Notes: generated from the letters alone by a model not told the origin. Shown: positions 49,267 to 62,139, counted from the whole stretch's first letter. The stretch: DNA of 63,879 nt, filler included, from Lama guanicoe (GCA_013239625.1; 184 parts of 184 records of this genome joined end to end with filler, not necessarily neighbours in it); one strand, 5' to 3'. Numbers and translations: made by a program.

Positions 49267-50410
49267 NNNNNNNNNNNNNNNNNNNNNNNNNNNNNNNNNN
49301 NNNNNNNNNNTTAATTAATTAANNNNNNNNNNNNNNNNNNNNNNNNNNNNNNNNNNNNNNNNNNNNGGCCCAGGTGACATGCCATCCCCTCCAAAAAGTT
49401 TTTCTTGGTCACTCTGGTTGCTCAGATCTCCTGAAGAACATTATCATTACTTCTGTTGAAGATACTTGGCACTTCTGCACTATTCCTTTCTAGTTTGTAA
49501 GTTCTTTGAAGATAGGGGCCGTGTTTTCTCATCTCTGCATCCCTCCTAGGGTGCAGCACATAATACAATATATGACAAATAAAAGATTGAACTCATGAAT
49601 TTTAGAGACCCCACNNNNNNNNNNNNNNNNNNNNNNNNNNNNNNNNNNNNNNNNNNNNTTAATTAATTAANNNNNNNNNNNNNNNNNNNNNNNNNNNNNN
49701 NNNNNNNNNNNNNNATTATTGTCTTTGCATATTTGAGGACTGAGGGATGGTGAGTAATGCAATGGATTCAGAGATTGGAGTAGGGCATTGACCAGGCTTG
49801 GCAAAGTGCTTTATATTCTCCCAGGAAGTGTGTACTTTATCAGCGGTGGGAATCACTGAACACTTTAGAGCATAAGCTAGTGGCATGATGGGGGGAGATT
49901 ACTAGGGCAGGGCAGGGGGCAACAGCGAGATTAGGCTGGTGATAGATGACTAGTAGCAGGAGNNNNNNNNNNNNNNNNNNNNNNNNNNNNNNNNNNNNNN
50001 NNNNNNTTAATTAATTAANNNNNNNNNNNNNNNNNNNNNNNNNNNNNNNNNNNNNNNNNNNNTCCCGGTGGATGTGTTGTTGTATCTCATTGTGTTTTTA
50101 ATTTGCATCTCCCTGGTAATTAATGATATTAAGTACTTTTTGTGTATTTTTTGACTGTGTATCTTTTGTGAAGTGTCTGTTAAAATTGCCTGTATTATTT
50201 TTAATTGGGTTGGTTGGTTTTTTTCTTACTACCTTGCTGGTCCTTTTGTTAGATACACGTTTTGTGAATATTTTCATCCAGACTGTGGGTTTTCATCTTC
50301 TTAAAGCAAANNNNNNNNNNNNNNNNNNNNNNNNNNNNNNNNNNNNNNNNNNNNTTAATTAATTAANNNNNNNNNNNNNNNNNNNNNNNNNNNNNNNNNN
50401 NNNNNNNNNN

Positions 50411-50608
50411 TGAATAGTCAAAGCAACCTTGAGAAGGAAGAACAGGCTGGAGGCATCTCACTTCTCGATGTCACATTACATTACAAAGCTACAGTCACCA
50501 AAAAGTGTGGAATTGGGACCCAAACAGCTACATGGACCAGAGAGCCCAGAAATCAACCCACACAGGCGGGGTCAGTTCATTTATGATAAAAAGGCCAAGA
50601 ACCCAGCA
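50411..50608 (+). mobile_element. L1 ORF2 fragment
   Basis: aaagcaaccttgagaaggaagaacaggctggaggcatc...ttacaaagctacagt...gagagcccagaaatcaaccca. Confidence 0.8.
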
Positions 50609-50903
50609 TAGACTCAGCCCCATGTTGTCCGGAAGCTAAAACCCCGGTGGGTCCACAGNNNNNNNNNNNNNNNNNNNNNNNNNNNNNNNNNNNNNNNNNN
50701 NNTTAATTAATTAANNNNNNNNNNNNNNNNNNNNNNNNNNNNNNNNNNNNNNNNNNNNCATTTGTTGTTATCATCTTCAAATTCTTATATTATAACATAA
50801 TTTAGCTTCTTTGTAAGTTAATTGTTTAATTATTAAATCATTTCTTGGAATTTTTTTATACTTTCTTAGCTCTTAATATTTTTTAACATTTAAGTAGCTT
50901 TTC

Positions 50904-51006
50904 TTTTTTTTCTAATTGAGTTATAGTCAGTTTACAATAGTGTGTACATTTCTGGTGTATAGCACAATTTTTCAGTCATACATGAATATGCATATATTCA
51001 TTTTCA
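50904..51006 (-). mobile_element. L1 extreme 3' end, camelid-like
   Basis: Poly-T then attgagttatagtcagtttacaat...atagcacaatttttcagtcatacatgaa. Confidence 0.75.
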
Positions 51007-51892
51007 NNNNNNNNNNNNNNNNNNNNNNNNNNNNNNNNNNNNNNNNNNNNTTAATTAATTAANNNNNNNNNNNNNNNNNNNNNNNNNNNNNNNNNNNNNN
51101 NNNNNNGGCTCCTTGGAAGTCCCACGTGAGGCCCCCAGCCCCAAAAGAGCTTGCAGACTAAATGGCTGTGACCTTTTATCCCATGTGGATGAAACCGAAA
51201 TTCAGGAAAGAAAGGAGCATGTCCGGGGAGCACCGGACAGGCTTCACCCTCCCAGCTAGACCTTGTCATCCTTGCACTTCCTCTGACACCCGTCTCTGAC
51301 ACCCGTGTGAAGCAGTGTTTGAGCGCATCAGGTGTTCTCCGTGTGGGGCTCCACNNNNNNNNNNNNNNNNNNNNNNNNNNNNNNNNNNNNNNNNNNNNTT
51401 AATTAATTAANNNNNNNNNNNNNNNNNNNNNNNNNNNNNNNNNNNNNNNNNNNNCCCCCCACCCAGGCCCGGGGCTTTCTTCCTCAAGCCCACACACATT
51501 CCACAGTGCCAGGACATCATCACATCAGCCAGTGGTCCCTGCGGGTGTAAGTGGATCGTGGTGGAGGGTAGGGTAGCAGATTCCTCAAGGTGGCATGAGC
51601 TGGCCCCACAACACAGGGCAGCCTTTTCACAGGCAGGATTATTTTTCTCATCCCCAGGAAGGAAAAGGCACTTTCGACTTGTGCCTGCTTTCCGACCCAG
51701 AGNNNNNNNNNNNNNNNNNNNNNNNNNNNNNNNNNNNNNNNNNNNNTTAATTAATTAANNNNNNNNNNNNNNNNNNNNNNNNNNNNNNNNNNNNNNNNNN
51801 NNTTTTGCTTAACGGTGATTATTTGAGGTTTATAAAATGCACATTCATATGAAATAGTAGAAATAAATAAGTTAACATCAGGAAAAATAGAG

Positions 51893-52050
51893 AGCAGAAG
51901 CCAGCAAATGGCAGTCCATGGGCCATGTACAGCATGCTGCCTGTTTTTTCATGGCCCACAAAATTTAGAATTTTTAGATGATGGAGAAACAAGCAAATCA
52001 AGAGTAATATTCTGTGACATGAAAATTTTATGAAATTCCAGTCTCAGTAT
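51893..52050 (+). mobile_element. MER58B-like hAT-Charlie element
   Basis: cagcaaat...gggcca...gctgcctgtttttt...ggccc...taatatt...gtgacatgaaaattttatgaaattc. Confidence 0.7.
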
Positions 52051-52150
52051 NNNNNNNNNNNNNNNNNNNNNNNNNNNNNNNNNNNNNNNNNNNNTTAATT
52101 AATTAANNNNNNNNNNNNNNNNNNNNNNNNNNNNNNNNNNNNNNNNNNNN

Positions 52151-52316
52151 TCTTCTTTAGAGAAATGTCTATTTAGGTCTTCTGCCCATTTTTTGATTGA
52201 GTTGTTTGGGTTATTTTGATATTGAGCTGTATGACCTAATTGTATATTTTGGAAACCAAGCCCTTGTTGGTTGACTCACTTGCAAATATTTTCTCCCATT
52301 CTGTAGGCTGTCTGTT
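52151..52316 (-). mobile_element. L1 ORF2 fragment
   Basis: tcttctttagagaaatgtctatttaggtcttctgcccattttttgattg...ttgcaaatattttctcccattctgtagg. Confidence 0.9.
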
Positions 52317-52351
52317 TCATGGGTACAAATATTTTATGGCACTGGGTAGTA

Positions 52352-52397
52352 ATTTTTTTTTAACATTTTTTATTGATTTATAATCATTTTACAATGT
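52352..52397 (-). mobile_element. Young L1 3' terminus (poly-T tail side)
   Basis: tttttttttaacattttttattgatttataatcattttacaatgt; the contig ends less than 50 nt into the repeat. Confidence 0.75.
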
Positions 52398-54237
52398 NNN
52401 NNNNNNNNNNNNNNNNNNNNNNNNNNNNNNNNNNNNNNNNNTTAATTAATTAANNNNNNNNNNNNNNNNNNNNNNNNNNNNNNNNNNNNNNNNNNNNTCT
52501 GTTCTTTCTCATGACGCATGAATCACATGTGACACCTGTTGGAGAAGTAGGTACACGAGATGCAGAAAATGGAACAGGCCCTAAAAAGAGTGTGTCTGCC
52601 ACACACCCAGCATACACACGTGCTGGTAAAGGGACCTTGACTCAAGGAAACGAGGACGGCAGGACCGAAGCTGGGTCTCAGGGCGGCAGGACCTGCGCGT
52701 TTTCTATGGAAACTGCGGGAACAACACTTCAGTAAAAGTTCACGGNNNNNNNNNNNNNNNNNNNNNNNNNNNNNNNNNNNNNNNNNNNNTTAATTAATTA
52801 ANNNNNNNNNNNNNNNNNNNNNNNNNNNNNNNNNNNNNNNNNNNNATATGAATTGAATTAAGTTTGCAAATAACAGGCTTAACAAAGAAAGATGCATTCC
52901 TTGAGATGCTGGAGTGCTTGTATCTTTCCCAGAAACATGCTAAATGCTCAAACTTGCTCTTTGTCCTGAAGGACCTGATACTATGGACCAGGAACCCCAT
53001 ATCTCTATTAACACATCCTCAGAGACCTGCTTGTGAGCACGTGTGAATGTGCAGCTGATCAGACAGAGAGATCACATGGCAGGGACTAATCTTNNNNNNN
53101 NNNNNNNNNNNNNNNNNNNNNNNNNNNNNNNNNNNNNTTAATTAATTAANNNNNNNNNNNNNNNNNNNNNNNNNNNNNNNNNNNNNNNNNNNNCCCCGCC
53201 GGCCCACCCAGCTGAGGTGTAAGTCGCCACCGTTTTGCACCAATAACTTCAGCGCAAAGTTCTCGGTGCAAGGCCTCTGCACTTGAAACTCCATGAGCAA
53301 GTGACTCAGCACAAAGGAAAAAAAGGTCAGATTTTATTACCCGGATTGTATTTTTATTTCCTGGGAGTTACTCACGAGCTTTGCCGGTGACACTAACTTC
53401 GTAAATTTGTTAAAAATGTTGATTTTTCCCCCAAAACTGACNNNNNNNNNNNNNNNNNNNNNNNNNNNNNNNNNNNNNNNNNNNNTTAATTAATTAANNN
53501 NNNNNNNNNNNNNNNNNNNNNNNNNNNNNNNNNNNNNNNNNACAGTATTCAAAGAATTCTTGGATATTATCTAATTAAATTTCTCACTCATAAGGGAGAC
53601 TCTACCTTAACATCCTTATTAGATACTTAGTAATCTTAAACTTAATTCATAGGATCTCATTCCTTTTCTGGGTAGTCTTTATGTTTATTTAAATCTCTAT
53701 AAGTCTTAAAGTTTTTTATACAAAGTCAATGTCTGCCTCTCTGCATCTTCTCTCCATGGGTACAATTCTGTCACTGAGAATCTCAGAGANNNNNNNNNNN
53801 NNNNNNNNNNNNNNNNNNNNNNNNNNNNNNNNNTTAATTAATTAANNNNNNNNNNNNNNNNNNNNNNNNNNNNNNNNNNNNNNNNNNNNTGATCAATTTA
53901 TAAAAAGATGAAATTATATCCCTACGTTATGCTCAGTTAAAAATAATAGAATAAACTCAGATGATTCAAGGATTTAAGCATTAAGATACAAACTCCAGCA
54001 TTCCTAGTGGAAAGGATAGTGAATGTCTTTAGACCTCAGGGCAGGGAAGATTTCTTAAGCAGGACAAGGAATGCACTTACCATAAAGACTGATGAATCTG
54101 ATTATATTAAATTTAAGAATTTTCACCTCAGAAGAAANNNNNNNNNNNNNNNNNNNNNNNNNNNNNNNNNNNNNNNNNNNNTTAATTAATTAANNNNNNN
54201 NNNNNNNNNNNNNNNNNNNNNNNNNNNNNNNNNNNNN

Positions 54238-54485
54238 GCCCTGGCAGTCATAATCTGCTCTCCGTTTCTATGATGTTATCACTTGAGACAGTTCTGTAAG
54301 TGGAGCCATGCCGTCTTTAGCCTTTGAGGGTTGGCTTTTTCCACCCGGTGTGGTTCCCTGGCTTGCTCAGGTCGCGCTTCCCCCACTGTGTCGTGTCGTT
54401 GTCCGTGGTGCTGACGCACCACGGCTTGTGTCTCCGTCCACCTGTTGAAGGACATCTGGGTTGGGTCCAGTTTTCCACCCTGTTA
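54238..54485 (-). mobile_element. Old L1 (L1MB/MC) 3' region, GC-shifted
   Basis: ccctggca...taatctgctctcc...cacctgttgaaggacatctgggttgggtccagtttt. Confidence 0.7.
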
Positions 54486-55857
54486 NNNNNNNNNNNNNNN
54501 NNNNNNNNNNNNNNNNNNNNNNNNNNNNNTTAATTAATTAANNNNNNNNNNNNNNNNNNNNNNNNNNNNNNNNNNNNNNNNNNNNAGAGTAATATCTGAT
54601 TGTGATTTTAATTTGCAGTTTTCTAATGGCAAATGACCATCTTTTCATGTATTTGTCTTCTGTGTATTCTTTGATAAAAACATCTGTGTCTTTGCCCATG
54701 TCCTAGTTGTATTGCAGGGCTCAGTATCACCACTATGACACTCCTCATTCTGCCTTGTTGCTGCTGGGGGAGGGGGTGAGGAAGCACCTGCTGGCCCACT
54801 AGACCCTCCGGGGTGGAGGATGGGGGAGGCAGANNNNNNNNNNNNNNNNNNNNNNNNNNNNNNNNNNNNNNNNNNNNTTAATTAATTAANNNNNNNNNNN
54901 NNNNNNNNNNNNNNNNNNNNNNNNNNNNNNNNNAAAATAATTTAAAAAGCTAAAATAAATATTAGAAGAGAGGATGTTTATGACTTAGGAATAGGAAAGG
55001 CCTAAAATAAGAAATACATGGTAAACTCATAAAGACTGATAAATATGATTAAATCAACATTTAAAACTGTAAAATCATAAACATTTTAAAAACATTAACA
55101 AAGTATAGACATTACTTTAAAAAGTTGTAAGAACATATTAATACCATATATAATAGACATAAGACCAATATCCTAAATATANNNNNNNNNNNNNNNNNNN
55201 NNNNNNNNNNNNNNNNNNNNNNNNNTTAATTAATTAANNNNNNNNNNNNNNNNNNNNNNNNNNNNNNNNNNNNNNNNNNNNCGGTAGGGGAGTGATGGAG
55301 CCCAGTCACTGAGGAAGTGCTGCGTGGGGAGTGACCCTCGATGTCCGTGGACCCGGCAAGGCCCGAACAAAGGCCCTGACACCGGGCCTTCAAGGAGGCA
55401 GCTCAGGGAACGGCCCAGAGGGAGCCCCTAAAAAGAGGCTCCCCCCTGCCCCAGTGAGGTACAGATGCCGCTGGGTGAACAGCCTGTTCCTCCCTGGCTG
55501 CTCAGGGTCTTTCCAGACTGCCCTCTGCTNNNNNNNNNNNNNNNNNNNNNNNNNNNNNNNNNNNNNNNNNNNNTTAATTAATTAANNNNNNNNNNNNNNN
55601 NNNNNNNNNNNNNNNNNNNNNNNNNNNNNAAAAAAGAAACAGAGAAGGCAAATTAAAAAACAAAGAAAGAACTTTGACGTTTTTGTATCCACTGTGGACA
55701 ATTCATCATAAGATATATCTTACCCCTACTATTACTTTGTCATCATCTAAGGCAATGTTCTCTACTTCTATAAAACATTTACTACTGAAATGACACTTAA
55801 ACCTCAAGACAACCTCCCCAGGCTATCTTGAAAGTCTTATTCCCAGTATCTTCATGG

Positions 55858-55877
55858 ACACACACACACACACACAC
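55858..55877. repeat. (AC)10 microsatellite at contig end
   Basis: Direct reading of the sequence. Confidence 0.95.
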
Positions 55878-56325
55878 NNNNNNNNNNNNNNNNNNNNNNN
55901 NNNNNNNNNNNNNNNNNNNNNTTAATTAATTAANNNNNNNNNNNNNNNNNNNNNNNNNNNNNNNNNNNNNNNNNNNNCTTTAAGTGCTGGCTTTAGTAAC
56001 GTATCTTCATACCTGGTAGTACAAGTCCCTCTAAAAGTGGGACAGAAGAAGGCACTGATACTTAAATTCTCTTAAAAATTAACTGTTATCCCAGTAAATT
56101 CAAGCTGTCCATAGCATTTCTTGAAAGCGTTGTGCAGAATAGTGATTCTTAAAATATAGGCCACCTGTATTAGAACTACTTTAGAATTTTTAAAAATTGA
56201 TATTTCTGGGCCCTATCCAAGAGCCNNNNNNNNNNNNNNNNNNNNNNNNNNNNNNNNNNNNNNNNNNNNTTAATTAATTAANNNNNNNNNNNNNNNNNNN
56301 NNNNNNNNNNNNNNNNNNNNNNNNN

Positions 56326-56573
56326 AAACCCAAAATGGCTCTCAGTGGGCTAAAATCAAGGTGTCAGCAGGGCTATGTTTCTTTCTGGACGTTTGAGGGG
56401 TGTTTTTAGTTTCTAGGGGCTGCCTGCATACCATGGCTTGTGGTCCTCTCTCATGCTTAGAGCCAACAACACACAGCTGAGGCTTTCTCATGGTGCCAGC
56501 AGTCTGTTCTGACTCTTTTACCTTCTTGATTATAGGACCTTTGTGATGACACTGGACACAGCTGAATATCCAG
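56326..56573. mobile_element. MLT1 (MaLR) LTR fragment
   Basis: tgggctaaaatcaaggtgtcagcagggct...ttctaggggctgcctgcat...ataggacctttgtgatgacactgg. Confidence 0.8.
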
Positions 56574-57555
56574 NNNNNNNNNNNNNNNNNNNNNNNNNNN
56601 NNNNNNNNNNNNNNNNNTTAATTAATTAANNNNNNNNNNNNNNNNNNNNNNNNNNNNNNNNNNNNNNNNNNNNACTTTTTAGTCGCTGAGCAGCACTCGG
56701 TAGCCAGCCCTGGAGTTTGAGGTGAGAGAGCAGAGAAGCTGGGAGGGATGTACCCCCTGCAGGTGGTTCTGTTAAGACGTGTGCACCCTGCTCAGGTCCT
56801 GGGGGCGTGGGGGTGGCTCTCTGCCCTGGCGCTTTCCGTTTGGTTTCCAGTAGGTGAATAACAAGAGGGAACCTGAGGCTGAACAGCACAGGCTTTATTC
56901 AGTGGCCAAAGAATGGAGGAGNNNNNNNNNNNNNNNNNNNNNNNNNNNNNNNNNNNNNNNNNNNNTTAATTAATTAANNNNNNNNNNNNNNNNNNNNNNN
57001 NNNNNNNNNNNNNNNNNNNNNTGTGGGTGGGTCTAAATCAGGAGGTTCAAGGTCTGCTGGGAGCTGTGTCACCAGGCCCAGAGGTCAGCAGGTAGGACGG
57101 GGACCCCCACCTGGGTGTCAGGAGGGCGGTCGTGATGGGTCAGGCTTCCAAGTTGACTTTGGGGTACAGCAAAGAGATTTGAAGAGCTCCGATTCCACAG
57201 TACACATCGTCCAGTGACATATGTGGCCAGAAATATCCAGGCCAGGTGCCCAGTGGTTGGCAAAGTGGGNNNNNNNNNNNNNNNNNNNNNNNNNNNNNNN
57301 NNNNNNNNNNNNNTTAATTAATTAANNNNNNNNNNNNNNNNNNNNNNNNNNNNNNNNNNNNNNNNNNNNGCAGTTACAAAGCTCTGCCAAGAGCATCCCA
57401 GCTTGGAGAAGAACCTGCCATTAGGAGGGTCTCCTGGATTAGAAGCCGTACCTGTTGCCTCTTGAGCCCTTTTCAAATTTTTCTTTACACTCTTTGGGAA
57501 TGAAGGGATATTTAACCATGCAGGTACATTTATCCTTTCATTAATACTAACTACT

Positions 57556-57617
57556 ATGAATAAACAACAAGTATAGCACAGGGAACTCTATTCAATATCT
57601 TGCAGCAACCTATAATG
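57556..57617 (+). mobile_element. L1 3' UTR fragment, cetartiodactyl type
   Basis: ataaacaacaagtatagcacagggaactctattcaatatcttg...aacctataatg. Confidence 0.8.
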
Positions 57618-58065
57618 NNNNNNNNNNNNNNNNNNNNNNNNNNNNNNNNNNNNNNNNNNNNTTAATTAATTAANNNNNNNNNNNNNNNNNNNNNNNNNNN
57701 NNNNNNNNNNNNNNNNNTGCAGAGCCTGTGCTGTTAACTGCTATGGTGTGCTGCTGTTAATCATTCTGCTTAATAAATCATATTAATTTTAGTCAATTAT
57801 GACTAAGTAATATTTGACCCATTAACATTTGAAACTTTAATTTTTGGTTACTTAGTTCAAGAATACACAAGCATGTTGCATTACCTTGTACTGATTTTTA
57901 TTTCAAGCTTATTGAACGACTGAGTGAAATATTTAGAAGAATTTCTTTAACAACTCCCCTGACAANNNNNNNNNNNNNNNNNNNNNNNNNNNNNNNNNNN
58001 NNNNNNNNNTTAATTAATTAANNNNNNNNNNNNNNNNNNNNNNNNNNNNNNNNNNNNNNNNNNNN

Positions 58066-58312
58066 GCAATTCTCCAATAAAGACATACAAATAGCCAATA
58101 AGCACATGAAAAAAACATTCAATATTGCTAATTATGAGAGAAATGCAAATTGAAACTATAATGACTACCAGTCAGAATGGCCATCATTAAAAAGTCCACG
58201 AACAACAACTGCTGGAGACGGTAAGGAGAAAAGGGAACCCTCCTACACTGTTGGTAGGAATACAGTTTGGCGCAGCCATTATGGAAAACAGTATGGAGAT
58301 TCCTCAAAAAAC
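58066..58312 (+). mobile_element. L1 ORF2 3' fragment (young)
   Basis: aagacatacaaatagccaataagcacatgaaaaa...cagtcagaatggccatcattaaaaagtcc...ggaaaacagtatggagattcctcaaaa. Confidence 0.9.
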
Positions 58313-58412
58313 NNNNNNNNNNNNNNNNNNNNNNNNNNNNNNNNNNNNNNNNNNNNTTAATTAATTAANNNNNNNNNNNNNNNNNNNNNNNNNNNNNNNN
58401 NNNNNNNNNNNN

Positions 58413-58660
58413 TTGCAGCAACATGGATGGACCTGGAGATCATCACACTAAGTGAAGTCAGCCAGAAAGAGAAAGAAAAAAGCCATATGATATCGTTTAT
58501 ATGTAGAATGTAAATAACAGGACATAAATGAACTTCTTTACAAAACAGACTTATAGACATAGAAAACAAACTTATGGTTACCAAGGGAGGATGGGTAGGG
58601 AGGGATAAATTGGGAATCTGGGATTTGCAGACACTAACTACTATATATAAAACGGATAAA
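58413..58660 (+). mobile_element. L1 ORF2 end and 3' UTR, cetartiodactyl type
   Basis: gcagcaacatggatggacctggagat...ctaagtgaagt...agaaaacaaacttatggttacc...gggataaattgggaa...actactatatataaaa. Confidence 0.9.
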
Positions 58661-60721
58661 NNNNNNNNNNNNNNNNNNNNNNNNNNNNNNNNNNNNNNNN
58701 NNNNTTAATTAATTAANNNNNNNNNNNNNNNNNNNNNNNNNNNNNNNNNNNNNNNNNNNNCCACCTGCCCTGCCAGGTCCTAGCCCCCTAAAGCCCCGCC
58801 GACACTCTCTCTCTGCTGGGAAATCCTGGATCCCTTTCCCCTCAAAACCCAAGATAATTCTCACGCTTCCATCACATTTGGTATTTCTTTGGATACTGGC
58901 TTGTGAAATTATGTACCTTAAAAAAACTAGTTTCTCTCGGTCTAAAATCTCATCTTAGAAGGACCTTTCAAAATGAAGCCAAAATCCCATCAAACAGCAG
59001 GCTCCCTGNNNNNNNNNNNNNNNNNNNNNNNNNNNNNNNNNNNNNNNNNNNNTTAATTAATTAANNNNNNNNNNNNNNNNNNNNNNNNNNNNNNNNNNNN
59101 NNNNNNNNATTTTAAAAACTTTAAAACATTTAAGAATACAACAAAAACAATGTAACCCATGTGATAACACAACACACTGTATATAATTCAGAGATACACC
59201 ATTATTAGTAAGCAATTCAAGACTTCAGTATTAAAAAGCTGTTAAAATGAGAAGATTCCTAAAAGCCAAAGTGCTGAGATCTTCAGGCAGAGTAATCTGA
59301 CAGATTGATGGATGAACAGCAGGCCACCTAATCCAAATTTGACATATTATTATATCNNNNNNNNNNNNNNNNNNNNNNNNNNNNNNNNNNNNNNNNNNNN
59401 TTAATTAATTAANNNNNNNNNNNNNNNNNNNNNNNNNNNNNNNNNNNNNNNNNNNNCGTGCAGAGCAGAGCCCGCACACGGGACGCTTCTCTATAGGCCG
59501 GTGTCCGGGGAGCTGGGACCCCAGAGGCTCGGGCTCTGAGATGGAGTCGTGGGCAGGGGGGCTGTGTCCCCCGTAGCCTCTGTGCTGGCCCCGTGGAGGC
59601 TGCTCACCTGGCCCGGGGTGGGGGTCGGCCTGAGAGAGCCCAGCCTGGGGCTGCCGGGCGGGAAGCTGGGGGAGGGCCTGACCCCCGGCCTTGAACAAAG
59701 CGTANNNNNNNNNNNNNNNNNNNNNNNNNNNNNNNNNNNNNNNNNNNNTTAATTAATTAANNNNNNNNNNNNNNNNNNNNNNNNNNNNNNNNNNNNNNNN
59801 NNNNTATTTAATAAAATAAGACAGAAATACAAATATAAAATTAAGAACAATGTTCATTTAAAAGAAAAAATGTATTACTAAAATTGGAAAATTTTTTAAA
59901 TTGGCAAATGCCACGAATGATACAATCCAGGGAAATAATATATTTTTGTTTTCCCTGCTCACCACTGTAATTCTTTTCTTCTTATGTTTCTTGCTGTGCA
60001 CTGTTTGATTGCCTTCCTATTCACAGGACAATGATTTTGTTATACAGTTTCTNNNNNNNNNNNNNNNNNNNNNNNNNNNNNNNNNNNNNNNNNNNNTTAA
60101 TTAATTAANNNNNNNNNNNNNNNNNNNNNNNNNNNNNNNNNNNNNNNNNNNNACTGGGTGATCCAGGTAAATGATATACAGGAATTCATCAAAGTATTCT
60201 TAATTTTTTTGTCGCTTGGAAGTTTTCAAAATAAAAAGATTGGAAGGGGGACCCACTTATCGAGTGTCTGTTATACACCAGACAAGGGGGTGATTGATCC
60301 CTGCGGATCGTGACAGGGAAATTAGGAACACGGGGGCACAACCCTGCCTCCTTCCTGAGTGAATCTCTCAATAGAGAGTGAATTGTCTGCTTCCCTTCAA
60401 NNNNNNNNNNNNNNNNNNNNNNNNNNNNNNNNNNNNNNNNNNNNTTAATTAATTAANNNNNNNNNNNNNNNNNNNNNNNNNNNNNNNNNNNNNNNNNNNN
60501 CACAAGAGATCTTTCCCTTTCTTTGTGTCATTTTGGTTTTCAGAGTATGATAACCTCCTTGGTTAAGTTTGTTTCTAGTTTATTTCTAGTATTTTGTTGT
60601 CTTTGATGTAGTAGAAATGTCTCAGCGAGTTATAAATGTCTGGTTTTTGAACTGAAAAAAAAAGTGAATGAAGGGCTGCAGGTGGCAACATATCTTTTTT
60701 ATGGATGAATTGTATTCCATA

Positions 60722-60747
60722 GTGTGTGTGTGTGTGTGTGTGTGTGT
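60722..60747. repeat. (GT)13 microsatellite at contig end
   Basis: Direct reading of the sequence. Confidence 0.95.
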
Positions 60748-61195
60748 NNNNNNNNNNNNNNNNNNNNNNNNNNNNNNNNNNNNNNNNNNNNTTAATTAAT
60801 TAANNNNNNNNNNNNNNNNNNNNNNNNNNNNNNNNNNNNNNNNNNNNCAAGGAAGGGAGAGAGTTCCTCATTGGGGCTTCTCATCTCCAGCAGGCTGTGG
60901 AAGAAAGGCTGAAAGGTCTTCGTCCTCAAGAGCCATTTGGTTCTAAGGATGAAAAAGTCAAAAGAGTGCTGGCCATCGGGCTAGGCTGCGTGACGCTGCC
61001 CAGCCATGTCCCTTTCTGGGCCGAGGGTCTCCAGCATAAAGCGAGAAAGTTCTTTCCATGAGTTTCTCCCAGCGCCAGAGTTCCCTCCAGCTGGGNNNNN
61101 NNNNNNNNNNNNNNNNNNNNNNNNNNNNNNNNNNNNNNNTTAATTAATTAANNNNNNNNNNNNNNNNNNNNNNNNNNNNNNNNNNNNNNNNNNNN

Positions 61196-61443
61196 GGGGG
61201 TGAGCCGTGTGGAAGGATGGTGGTCAGGAAGACGCCACTGAAAACCCAGGTGAAGACCTGGAGGAGGTAAGGGAGGGAGTGAAGGGGACTTCTGGGGGAA
61301 GAGGGTTCCAGGCAGAGGAAATGGTGAGTGCAAAGGCCCTGGGGTGGAGCTGTGACTGGTGTGTTTGAGGAACAGTGAGCAAACTGATGGGGCTGGAACA
61401 GAATAAGTGAAAGAGAGGGATGGGCAATGATGTCAGCCTGACA
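61196..61443 (-). mobile_element. L2 LINE fragment
   Basis: ggggaagagggttccaggcagaggaaa...gtgcaaaggccctggggtgg...tgtttgaggaacag is antisense L2a-like sequence. Confidence 0.85.
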
Positions 61444-61919
61444 NNNNNNNNNNNNNNNNNNNNNNNNNNNNNNNNNNNNNNNNNNNNTTAATTAATTAAN
61501 NNNNNNNNNNNNNNNNNNNNNNNNNNNNNNNNNNNNNNNNNNNAAAAAAACCTTATTTGTATATATTTGGGTCAACTACTAAGCTTTTATTTTGTCCCGT
61601 GGTTACATGGAGAGAGGGGGGAGGAGAGAGGAGTATCAATCTCCATGAACAAACTCGTTATGCATGAGTTGACACTTTTACTTCTCTACCTTCCAAACTT
61701 CAGGCATTTTGTTTTCTAGCTTTGTTCAAAGTCTAGGCCCTTTAATAGGATATTGAATAGAATTGGTGAGAGCAAACATCTTTGCTTTTTTNNNNNNNNN
61801 NNNNNNNNNNNNNNNNNNNNNNNNNNNNNNNNNNNTTAATTAATTAANNNNNNNNNNNNNNNNNNNNNNNNNNNNNNNNNNNNNNNNNNNNAAAAAATAA
61901 AGATAGATATTATTATCTC

Positions 61920-62139
61920 TAAAAAAAAAGAAATATCAGAAGGAAAAATTAAAGAAACAATTCCTTTTAGTATTACATCTAAAAGAGTAAGATACCTGGG
62001 AATAAAGCTACCTAAGGAGGCAAAAGGCGTGTACTCTGAAAACTAGAAGACGCTGATGAAAGAAATTGAAGACAACACAAACAGATGAAAACATATACCA
62101 TGTTTTTGGATTGGAAGAATCAATATTGTTAAAATGACC
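61920..62139 (+). mobile_element. L1 ORF2 (RT) fragment
   Basis: aattaaagaaacaattcc...atacctgggaataaa...ctaaggaggcaaaa...gatgaaagaaattgaaga...ggattggaagaatcaatattgttaaaatg. Confidence 0.9.

Noticed and set aside
57170..57260. Minus-strand LDDVYC motif resembling an SRCR domain
   Set aside because: The flanking residues do not fit the SRCR consensus without several frameshifts.
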